A stretch of 64,000 nt of DNA from positions 239,382,001 through 239,446,000 of the forward strand of contig CM097882.1 in the NCBI GenBank assembly GCA_044892505.1. The letters are read 5' to 3'. The notes beneath the pieces were generated by a model. That model searched no databases. It was not told where the DNA came from and saw only the letters and a program-made list of their open reading frames with translations. Made by a program: the position numbers and the translations under genes. Positions 45,824-57,700 of the stretch are shown piece after piece; position 1 is the first letter of the stretch; every line of letters begins with the position of its first letter. This DNA comes from Schmidtea nova. Lineage: Eukaryota.

Positions 45824-46384
45824 ATGAGAAAGCTCGCAATACCAATACTCCTATGGTTAATAACCATCACCCTACAGAGAGAAGATCTACAACTTACCGA
45901 AACCCAATTACGAGTTCTACCCGACAAAACCTACCAAAAAGTAGACAGCCTAATCGAAGAAGTAATTAAAGAAATCAACGAATTCCGACAGAAATATCCC
46001 CACAATCAAGATCATCAAATCCAACAAATCTTAGATAACCAACAACTGAAACTAAAAGAAACCCAAAAAACCCTGAAAGAAGGTAGAGAGCCCATAAAAA
46101 GCCTAGCCCAAGCTGAAATAGAATATCAAGAGAAATGGATCATAGCAATCATCATAATCCTCTCAATCAGCGTAACTATCGTCGCAATCACAATCCTGAT
46201 TGCCTCCTACCGGATAAAAATCCTCAAACAGAAACAAACCATCGTCAATCAAACATCAAGGCGAGACAAACGAACCCAAAGACGTATGAGAAAACATCTA
46301 GATCAAATTCAGACCCACTACGAATTAGCTACAATCAATGAGAGAACTCAAACCCAACCCAATGCGAGCCGGAGGATCGAATAG
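45824..46384 (+). CDS. 186-aa predicted type I membrane protein
   Basis: Hydrophobic N-terminus MRKLAIPILLWLITITL, coiled-coil ectodomain, TM WIIAIIIILSISVTIVAITILIASY, basic tail. Confidence 0.7.
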   Translation: MRKLAIPILLWLITITLQREDLQLTETQLRVLPDKTYQKVDSLIEEVIKEINEFRQKYPHNQDHQIQQILDNQQLKLKETQKTLKEGREPIKSLAQAEIEYQEKWIIAIIIILSISVTIVAITILIASYRIKILKQKQTIVNQTSRRDKRTQRRMRKHLDQIQTHYELATINERTQTQPNASRRIE

Positions 46385-46565
46385 ACTTTGTGAACATCTC
46401 TGATGAACCTTTAACTATCCTGTGACAATAATCTGATAATATTCAACTATCCTATAACAAATCTCATGATGTGTATAAATTCTATCACCCTAAGTGATTT
46501 TCTTGTGTTTATGTATATATCTGTAAAACTTTTTATGTATGATGTTATAAGTAGTTATGTATAAT

Positions 46566-46601
46566 TAATTGCGGGACGCAATTTTAGGGGTCCCCGAGTG
46601 A
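46566..46601 (+). other. Atypical polypurine-tract region upstream of the 3' LTR
   Basis: AATTGCG-GGA-CGCAATT hairpin, then TTAGGGGTCCCCGAGTGA before TG; only a short AGGGG purine run. Confidence 0.5.
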
Positions 46602-49600
46602 TGTTGGGCCCACCAATTGGTCTAAAAAGGCAAAAATATTGTACTAATTTAAACAATAAATACAAATAATAACCACAAAAAAAAAAAAAAAAAAAAAAAA
46701 CATTCGAAAAACCTAAATTAAAAATTAAAATAAAATAATAAATAATAATTACTAAATTTCCAGCAAAGGAAGAAAATCAAATTGACACGAGAACGAGCAG
46801 TATGGGGGTCTGAAATAAGAAAATTACAAATAAAATCAAATAAAAGTACAATTAATTGGTTAATTACTTGAAAAATCGAGACCACCCAGCGAGAAATCTG
46901 AACCGGAAATTTAAAATGGTTTATATTAAAATAAAATAACAAAATTACTTTGATGGACGGCCTGATCCTGATTGGTCAATCTGACCAACTGGATCAGTAT
47001 AAATACCGATCCAAAAATCATACAGATAACACCTAACAAATTAGTTACCGAACTGATCTATCATAGTCAACTTTGATACGATAAATACTGTATAAATTTT
47101 TGGAGAACACTGCATCGTGGATTTAAACAGTAAATTTTTTTTTTGTATTGTATTTTGTATTAATTTTTATGATATGTTTCATGATTCCCATTTGTTTTAT
47201 TTTCATTTAATATAATTTATTACTATTGCTCTATTTTTCTTATGCCATTATTTTTATGATATAATAAATATACTTCCTCAGTAGCTTACGCTGCGAGGGA
47301 GCAAGCCGTAAATGTGGGATTTCACCGTTCCACAAGATGGTGAGCAGAGTTTTTATTAGTATTCTTTATTTAATTTCATTTTATCGGAAGTTTCACGGTA
47401 CGGTAAAGTTGTGCAGGGACAAGGACACGAGTAAAATTTGTAGACAGTGGTTAACATTTACATTCGATCAGACAGGCGAAAACAAAACTATAATATCAAT
47501 TATCAGGTCGACTAGATCGATTTTTCTCATATACACGCGAATTTTTGTGAATCAACATAGCGGATCGAAATAACGTCCGGACACACCGAGACGATTTCGA
47601 CGTTCCAACTACAGTTTAATTTAGACATAAATAACGACATATTCGGATCGACACTACTGATTAAATAAATAAAATCGTAACCTGATCGCTGTACATAGCG
47701 CAGGTAATAATAGGTAAATTTTTCATATTCCGATCGCTGTACATAGCGACGGTGTTAATTGAATAGTCTGGAAAATATTTTTTTTATTCCTCCTTTTCAC
47801 ATTTTTTTTTGTGTTATTGATCAGCGAGCAGAGCACTTTTTTCTCAGGTCTCACCAAAATTTACGGATTCGTCGCAATAAAATTTATTATTAATTTTCTC
47901 AGATGAAAGCAACGATGCTGGATGAATTTCTAACCACTCAACGTCATGTGGCACGGGTCGAAAATCCTCTAATCCGGACGCAACGGAAGAAATTGAAGTC
48001 GCTCCCACAGGAACTCCTCAGAACGCTAAATGCGTTGATGTATAAATGGAGAAGGGAACTAGGAAAGAAATGTCCATTTTCGATTTGGACCGGTGGATTG
48101 GATACCATCGTATATCGAAGAGGCCCCGGATGGGAAATTCAGGACGAAAGAGACCGGGAGACGACAGCTCTGTTCATCATAGTGGTGTCAGACAGCGAAG
48201 GAAATCCCACGACAGCGATCCATTGGGGATATGTCTCACCGCTCAAGTTGCTTAAATTCGGGTTGATTCCGAATCACCTACCGAAAACGTGCCACGGACG
48301 CCCCAAACTAAACTGTTCGATGGCTCACATCCGAAGAAATCCAGTCAATCACGGGTTGCATATTACTCCCGTTCACGGCCTCAAGCGAAGTGTTTTCCAC
48401 TAAACATTATATTCACATTTTTATAAACTAAACGATTTCAATAAATTAAATGGTGTTGATCCGTGTTTTTGTTTGTCCTTAGTTAAATTTATTTCTATTT
48501 ATTTAATCATATGATTTTTACACTCGACGGATAATATTAATCTTGGTAACATGTTTGATGCATTATAAATTGGGTTTGTTATTTAGTATGACGGAAACTA
48601 GCCAACAGCGAGAATTGGACAAGGCGTGGAGAATCCGCCGAGCATTGGAGAAGGAGCTAAACCAAGAAAAAGCCTTACGAGCCAAAGCAGAAGCTCAGAT
48701 TCAGCATTTACGGACCAGCTGGTTCGCACCAGCTCGCATGAAGGAGCAGATGAGTCGGACAGAAAGGGCTCAAAGGACAGCTGACGATTATCGCACCGAA
48801 TGGGAAGCAACAAAAATTGAGTTGCGCCGATGTCTCCATTCGGTGACGACTTCATTTATCGAGTCCGAATTGAAAGCACAAATCCGACCCATTACCTACC
48901 AGAAATGGGTAGGAGAACAGAAAGTGGCCTGCTCAGTCAGTACGGACACCGATGGACTCGAGGCAACCACAGTGCAGAGTCGAGTGGAAACCACCACTGC
49001 ACCAACTCCCGCCGGAAAACCGAATAAGCGAAAACGAATCGGCTCCAAGCGTCGTCGCCAAAGGAAGCTGTTTTCTCAGCAATTGCAGACACAAGTAACC
49101 ACGATGGCAGGAATGTCGGAAGCCGAGTGGTTGGCAGAGATGTTTCCACCTGAAGGAATATTCAAAGAATTCCTATAACAGCTAGAATACGATGTCAGAT
49201 TGTGGACTTAATTAAAATTTTGCTCGTTTTTGTTTTTTTTTTGTTGTTGTTAATTCCTAAGTATTTTTCCTTCGATTACATAATTCGTACCATTACCTGT
49301 AAATTACCCGTCACACAACGAAAAGAGTAGCGATAAAGAACTTAAATATTATCAAATTCGTAGTTTCGTTTTGCTTGTTTGTTTTTTGTTTTTACGATAA
49401 TTACATAACCGCACACACACACACAATAGAACTATAATTGCGTAAGTCCTTCTACGGCCGCGTGAACCCGTAAACATAAAGGGGGAGTAGTCCTAGCAAT
49501 AGTGCTCACCTGCCCCTCATTGTTTAATCACCCTGCGCATCACCAACTTGGTTATCAAGGGAAATAATCAAGGGCGCTCGAGTGTAACTTACGACTATTT

Positions 49601-49670
49601 ATGCATGATCATGGATGGGAGATCCCTAGCCGTCATTTGAATTTTTATCAACCCGTCCATAAACCCAGCA
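46602..49670 (+). repeat. 3' LTR (3069 bp)
   Basis: By eye differs from the 5' LTR at about 4 substitutions and 2 homopolymer lengths; followed by TSD AATC. Confidence 0.96.
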
Positions 49671-49719
49671 AATCAAAGTAAATTTTTAGCGCAATTTTCA
49701 AAAGTTTTAAATAATTTTT

Positions 49720-49831
49720 TTTTATTTTATTATTTTATTTAATATTATTTTTATTACTAATAATATTTTATAAGTATTATTATTTTATTTAATATTATTT
49801 TTTTATAATTATTTTTTTATTACAATTAGAA

Positions 49832-49875
<44 letters not shown>

Positions 49876-49958
49876 CTTTTATTATTAATTTTATTACAAT
49901 TATTAATATTACAATTATTATTATTATTATTATTATTACTATGATTATTTATTACTAA

Positions 49959-49989
<31 letters not shown>

Positions 49990-49990
49990 C
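49720..49990. repeat. Imperfect (ATT)n microsatellite (mirror (AAT)n at ~61325-61620)
   Basis: Runs of attattattatt. Confidence 0.9.
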
Positions 49991-52009
49991 TATATCAAGG
50001 AAAGAGAAGACAAGATAAAGAACATGTGCTTTAATATTGCCAGTCCTAAAGAGCGGTGATTAAATGCCTGTGCCTAAAAGACACGCTGGGCAAGTAATCG
50101 CGTCCACAAAGGTCGTCGGTGCCTCCCCCAAAGTGGGGTCAATAGGACCTGGGCATCAATAGTTCGCTATCTATAGCGATCACGTCTCGGATAATCAAGG
50201 GTAGCCAGCTACCAAGACATCATCTACAACGTAGTGTTTCATACGCCATGAATGTGTCGGCAAGTTATCGTCATAGACACTAATGACCGAATTTAATTAA
50301 TATGTTGTCAAAAAATAAGCAAACATCGCAGAGGCCTCCAATTTGGTTGGATTACGGTCGCCCACCACAACGACTGGCATGCTTCGAAAAAAATAAAGGG
50401 TGAAAACAAACCCACCCACCCTAATATATTTTAAAATAAAAAACAAATTAAATTTTTCTCTTCTTTTTGTCCTCAAGCATCTAGTTTTATCTAAAATTAA
50501 TAAATAATTTAATTTTCAAATAAATTACCAGTCCCAAAAGTTTCTTCCGGCTCGTTGAAATAATTATCTAAAATAAAATTATTAATAAATATCATATTTG
50601 TTTTAATTAATTGTTTGTACTGAAATACATTTATTTAAAAAAAAAACTATTACTAATTTAACTAAACATTATTTAAATTATTAGTTTACACTGAAATACA
50701 AAATGTTTTCTAAAATAATTACTTAAAGTTAAATTAATCTTGTTTAAATTATTTATTTTCCTTAAACTGCGGAAATTTAAAATATTTATAAAAAGTTAAT
50801 TTAAAATTATTAAGTTTAATTATTATAAAATTTACTAATTAAATTTGTTTTAATTTATTGTTTGCATTAAAATGCATTTATTTAAAAAATAATAACAAAA
50901 TTTACTAAAATACAAAATTAAATTTAAATTAGCAAAACTAAAAGTAATTTGTTTAATTCCTATTAGTGTAAAGATTTAATAAAATAAAAAGTCAATTTAA
51001 AATTAATGCTAAGATTAATTATTATTAAATTGACTAATGAAATTTGTTGTGATAATAATTCCCTTAAAAATGTAAGAATTTGAAAAAATTATACTTAATT
51101 ACAAAAATTAGCTAAAATATTACACAAATAATTTATGTTAATCTTAATCTTAATTTAATTACTTTAAAATAAAAATACTTACATAACCGATTTTGAATTT
51201 TTTCCTCCATATATTAAACATTTCATCATACCTAAATTATCTAAATTAAAAGTATATTTATAAATAAAAAATAAACTTACAATTATCCAATTTCATTTAA
51301 AATAACATCTAAATAAAAAGTAATTAATTAGTTAAAAATTAAAAGATTTCTTACTCTTAATTTTGAATTTCATCTAAAATAAAATAATTAATTTGAAATA
51401 ATAAAACAAAAAGACTTACTTGATTAATTTATTATTTAAAAAGTTTTTACTTAAGCTTTGCATTAACCTAAATTAAACTTATAAATTAATGTAAACTATA
51501 ATATAACTTTGAAAATTTTTATTTAAACTATAATTTGTAATATAACTTTGAAAATTTTTATTTAATTTACAATCTAACTTATATTAAGATTTTAGAGTTT
51601 GTAATAAATTTTATTTTAACTTTAGATTTAATTTTAGATTTAGTTGAACTGTCTAATTTTGATGAAAAAATAGGAGTTTTTCATTGAACTTTTAATAAAA
51701 ATGGTTCTTGAATGACTAATTATTATCAGTTAAACATGTTGGAGTATGTAAATCTTACGTCCAATGGCTATATTTATGTGTTTTTTATCAAACATTCAGA
51801 CTAATTTGATCGGAACCCCGTGTATCAATGTTGATGGCGGCATCTTATTACATGGAATTTAATGGGTCATAGATGATATCGACATATTAACGGTTGTTGA
51901 ATTTTAATGGATGGGTTCGTAATTGTACTATATTTAATATTTTATATACAAATTAACATACACGTGTGTTTTTTAATCAAACATTGGGATTAATTTTATC
52001 GGATTTGGG

Positions 52010-52325
52010 AACCAGATGGGTCAAAGCTGATAGGTAAATGGTACTATATTATTACATGAGATGCGATGGGTGAAAATGGATAGGCGAATGACGCTATCTT
52101 GGAATGTGATGGGACAAAGCTGATAGGTAAATGGCGTCATCTTATTACTTGGAATGTGATGGGATAAAACTGATAGGTAAATGGCGCTATATTAATAATG
52201 TGATGGGTGAAAATGGATAGGCGAATTACGCTATCTTGGGAACCAGATGGGTGAAAACTGATAGACAAATTGTACTATCTTATAACATGGAATGCGATGG
52301 GTCAAAACTGATAGAATAATGGCGG
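52010..52325. repeat. Minisatellite with core GATGGG..AAA(A/G)CTGATAG(G)TAAATGG (mirror ~58985-59310)
   Basis: About 7 degenerate units visible; boundaries approximate. Confidence 0.75.
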
Positions 52326-53699
52326 TATCATTGGGTATATCACAGTTATAGTATAAAGTTTTATTGGATGGAATCGTAATTGACAGGTAATTTAGTTAGT
52401 AATTTATGTGTAAATAAGAGGGATTTCTTAGTGAAAACATACCTGTTTAGGGTTTTTGTGCTTATTTTTTAGTAAACATTTTGTCGTTTTTAGTAGTATT
52501 TGGCAACAGTTGATAACAAATACTGGTTTTTGGAGTAAATCGATGAGGTTAATGGAATAAATTGCACACACTATCAAATGCATTGATTCAATAATGACCA
52601 CAAGTGGTAACATTTCTCAGAATTTTCTAAAATATTTCCAATAATAATAAGGCAAGGTCAGTGGGTGTATACGAGAAATGATTGTGACCTGTATGAGACA
52701 TGTGTGAATTATTCATGATATGCCTTTGTTGAGGTGCATGCCTATGTGAGTCACTTCATGTTTGTTGTACTCGTATTTCATGCAAATTGTTTTAATAATA
52801 TCCCGAAATTTTAAAATTAACCAGTGAAATATTTTTAATAAAAACTTTAAAAAAAAAGACAAATTGACTGATTTATTAATTATACACATTACATGTGAAA
52901 TGATATTTTCCCAACTCCTTCCTCAAAATGATAAGTCGTCAACAGATCAATGCAGATTTTACATTTTACATAAGATCGATCCCAGTTGACATCCATATTC
53001 GAAATGGTATAATCTCTGGAGTTCAATATATTCTTTTAATTGATAAAGCTCTTGGATATTAAAATTTTCATCAGTTTTTCTAAAATTCAACTTTAAAATG
53101 AAAATAATTAAAAGTTTTCATTTGATGTTAAATTTGACAATCTAAAATTAAATGGTAATTTGTTATACATATATAATTTGAAAAAATATTGAATAAATGT
53201 GCCCAAAACAATGCAGATGGGTTTTTAATCATCAAAATTCTGCTACTAGGGTTCTGGTACTCATTAACTTTGTTAGTCAGGTAAAGGAATTACATTTGTT
53301 GAAGTAAATCAGAGTAAATATTGTCTTATTTGATATGTGTTAAAATGATAGTTTACTGGGTAACATGAGCATTTCTAGCAAGGTAGCATTTTTATCATGG
53401 ACATTATCAAATATAGTGAAATTCATGTGATCATACATTGGTTTGAAGATAAGCTCAAAAACCATCACAAATAGGTTATGTTACCAAATGTTCTGCTATC
53501 AAGGTTTATGATATCATTTTATAGTAAAAAATTATCAATTTTACTTTAAAAAAAGTATATTTCTTATTAAAAATATGTTCAAGTGAAAAGCCTTTGGGAT
53601 CAAAGACCATCACATAAAGGGTTCTGTTACCAAAGATGCTGTTATCAAAGTTCTATCACTATGATAAATAAATGACTAAATGCATCACACGATACTGGG

Positions 53700-54720
53700 T
53701 GCGTAAATACACATGATAAATTATCATAATATAGAAATCATTACATACAAAATATTTTATACAGTATAGTACAAACATACACACACGCAAAATATATAAA
53801 ATTTTATGACATACAAACAAATTATCATCACATTATAGTGCAAAACACACATGAAATATCATTACATACAAGAATTACACACAAAGGATATCATCACATA
53901 CATACAAAATAAACACACACATACAAAGTCGAATCACAAAATGTCATCATACTATAGTGTAATAGCATCTAAAATACATCAAAAATATACAAAATATCAA
54001 AAATACATAGAAAATCAACAAAGATGCACAAAAATATCAAGAATACATAGAAATTCATCACACATATAAATATTATCACATATATGAAGTATCATCACAA
54101 AATTTTATCATACTATAGTTCTAAAACATAGAAAATATATCACAAATCAACAAAGATACACAGAAAATATCAAAATTACAGAGAAATTCATCACCCACAC
54201 AAAATATCATCACATATATAAAATATCATCACAAAATGTCATCATACTTTAGTGCACTAACATTGAAAATACACCAAAAATCATCAAAAGTACACACAAA
54301 ATATCAGAAATATTTAGAAAATTATCAAGAATTGCAAACAAAATATCAAGAATACATAGAAATTCATCACATACACACAAATCATCAAAAATACACAAAA
54401 TATCCAAAACACATGAAAATCATCAAACATACACACAAATTATACATAGAAATTCATCACACATACAAATATTATCACATATATGAAGTATCATCATCAT
54501 ACTATAGTTCTATAACATAGAAAATATATCGAAAATGAACAAAGATACACAGAAAATATCAAAAATACAGAGAAATTCATCACACACACAAAATATCATC
54601 ACAAAATGACATAGAAAACACATAGAAAACACAGAAAGCATATAAAAAAAATACAAAGAAAATCATCAAAAATACAGATAAAATATCAAAAATACAGAAA
54701 ATTATCACATACATCAGAAA
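53700..54720. repeat. A/C-rich low-complexity degenerate tandem repeat (mirror ~56620-57640)
   Basis: Recurring aaatatcatcacacatac / agaaattcatcac units; ~400-bp internal duplication (54070-54220 vs 54470-54600). Confidence 0.75.
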
Positions 54721-57700
54721 TTATCATTGAAATATTATGAAAGTGTACGGAAATATTGTGAAATGTATGTTCAAGTAGGAAGCTTTCAAACCTATCACAA
54801 TTTGTGTCTGTTACTGGATAAAACTGAAACATTGTGATAATGTAATTGATTAAAGATCATAATGGATTATGTTAATGAATAATGTTGATTGTAACAATAA
54901 TAACTATATGTGGGAGTAATAAGCTTTGGCAGATAAAAACCATCACAAAAGAGGTTCTGCTAATAAAGGTTCTGATAGAAAGGTTCATTATTCACTTTAA
55001 CAAATAATAAACATTTAAAATGAACATTATAACAAGTTTTATGAACGAAAACCCAAGTGGAAAAGAAAATGGTAAATTTATTTTTTAATTTAATATCATT
55101 TAGTATTAATTTAGGTAATATCAATAATTCGATATCAATAAATATCAATAAATCGATGTTAGAAAATGCGGAAGAAAATGGTATTTGATCATTAACTTAG
55201 TAAATTATTTAACTTTTACTTTAGGTGATGTAAATATGACTGGACAAACTACCGTACAAACTAAGATTGTTAATAATGAGAATATTATGAATAATGGAGT
55301 TATTACTGATGTGATATTGAATGCCCAATGTAAGCATTGATTAATCTTAATTATTTTAATTATATTTTGATAATTATTTTAATCAATTTAGTAAATAAAT
55401 ATAGTAAAATATTTGTAAATATATATTTTTGGTAATATTTTGTAATAATTTAAATAATCTTTACTTTACGTAAACAGTTAATTTAAACAAATTCATTTAA
55501 TATTATTTTGTAATAATTTTTATATTAAATTTAAATTATTTTAGTAATTATTATATTTAAATCATATTTATCTTAAATTTCATATTTATTTTTTGATAAA
55601 TTTAAAGATATTTCATATTAAGGTAAATTTTATGCGAATTATTGTAAGTCGTCAAATCATAACGACTGCCACAAGTTAATGGAGCGATACTATTGTATTA
55701 TAAATAATCATTAAGATAAATTATTAAAAATATGAATTATTAGAAAATAAATATGAAATTTAAGATAAATATGATTTAAATATAATAATTACTAAAATAA
55801 TTTAAATTTAATATAAAAATTATTACAAAATAATATTAAATGAATTTGTTTAAATTAACTGTTTACGTAAAGTAAAGATTATTTAAATTATTACAAAATA
55901 TTACCAAAAATATATATTTACAAATATTTTACTATATTTATTTACTAAATTGATTAAAATAATTATCAAAATATAATTAAAATAATTAAGATTAATCAAT
56001 GCTTACATTGGGCATTCAATATCACATCAGTAATAACTCCATTATTCATAATATTCTCATTATTAACAATCTTAGTTTGTACGGTAGTTTGTCCAGTCAT
56101 ATTTACATCACCTAAAGTAAAAGTTAAATAATTTACTAAGTTAATGATCAAATACCATTTTCTTCCGCATTTTCTAACATCGATTTATTGATATTTATTG
56201 ATATCGAATTATTGATATTACCTAAATTAATACTAAATGATATTAAATTAAAAAATAAATTTACCATTTTCTTTTCCACTTGGGTTTTCGTTCATAAAAC
56301 TTGTTATAATGTTCATTTTAAATGTTTATTATTTGTTAAAGTGAATAATGAACCTTTCTATCAGAACCTTTATTAGCAGAACCTCTTTTGTGATGGTTTT
56401 TATCTGCCAAAGCTTATTACTCCCACATATAGTTATTATTGTTACAATCAACATTATTCATTAACATAATCCATTATGATCTTTAATCAATTACATTATC
56501 ACAATGTTTCAGTTTTATCCAGTAACAGACACAAATTGTGATAGGTTTGAAAGCTTCCTACTTGAACATACATTTCACAATATTTCCGTACACTTTCATA
56601 ATATTTCAATGATAATTTCTGATGTATGTGATAATTTTCTGTATTTTTGATATTTTATCTGTATTTTTGATGATTTTCTTTGTATTTTTTTTATATGCTT
56701 TCTGTGTTTTCTATGTGTTTTCTATGTCATTTTGTGATGATATTTTGTGTGTGTGATGAATTTCTCTGTATTTTTGATATTTTCTGTGTATCTTTGTTCA
56801 TTTTCGATATATTTTCTATGTTATAGAACTATAGTATGATGATGATACTTCATATATGTGATAATATTTGTATGTGTGATGAATTTCTATGTATAATTTG
56901 TGTGTATGTTTGATGATTTTCATGTGTTTTGGATATTTTGTGTATTTTTGATGATTTGTGTGTATGTGATGAATTTCTATGTATTCTTGATATTTTGTTT
57001 GCAATTCTTGATAATTTTCTAAATATTTCTGATATTTTGTGTGTACTTTTGATGATTTTTGGTGTATTTTCAATGTTAGTGCACTAAAGTATGATGACAT
57101 TTTGTGATGATATTTTATATATGTGATGATATTTTGTGTGGGTGATGAATTTCTCTGTAATTTTGATATTTTCTGTGTATCTTTGTTGATTTGTGATATA
57201 TTTTCTATGTTTTAGAACTATAGTATGATAAAATTTTGTGATGATACTTCATATATGTGATAATATTTATATGTGTGATGAATTTCTATGTATTCTTGAT
57301 ATTTTTGTGCATCTTTGTTGATTTTCTATGTATTTTTGATATTTTGTATATTTTTGATGTATTTTAGATGCTATTACACTATAGTATGATGACATTTTGT
57401 GATTCGACTTTGTATGTGTGTGTTTATTTTGTATGTATGTGATGATATCCTTTGTGTGTAATTCTTGTATGTAATGATATTTCATGTGTGTTTTGCACTA
57501 TAATGTGATGATAATTTGTTTGTATGTCATAAAATTTTATATATTTTGCGTGTGTGTATGTTTGTACTATACTGTATAAAATATTTTGTATGTAATGATT
57601 TCTATATTATGATAATTTATCATGTGTATTTACGCACCCAGTATCGTGTGATGCATTTAGTCATTTATTTATCATAGTGATAGAACTTTGATAACAGCAT

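Larger units (their letters stand above)
20340..49670 (+). mobile_element. Giant full-length Ty3/gypsy (Metaviridae-like) LTR retrotransposon, 29,331 bp, with env-like and accessory genes
   Basis: LTRs 20340-23405 and 46602-49670 (TGTTGGG...CCCAGCA). AATC on both flanks (20336-20339, 49671-49674); the empty site gtttAATCaaagt is preserved in the opposite palindrome arm (rc of ~61650-61680). PBS follows the 5' LTR; domain order is PR-RT-RH-IN. Confidence 0.97.

Noticed and set aside
52010-52325. CTGATAG-containing repeats as hammerhead ribozymes
   Set aside because: The core needs CUGANGA plus GAAA with flanking stems, which is not present.
53851-57485. His/Lys/Tyr/Ile-rich ORFs in the palindrome arms
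   Set aside because: Translations of low-complexity A/C-rich repeats, mirrored only because of the inverted repeat.
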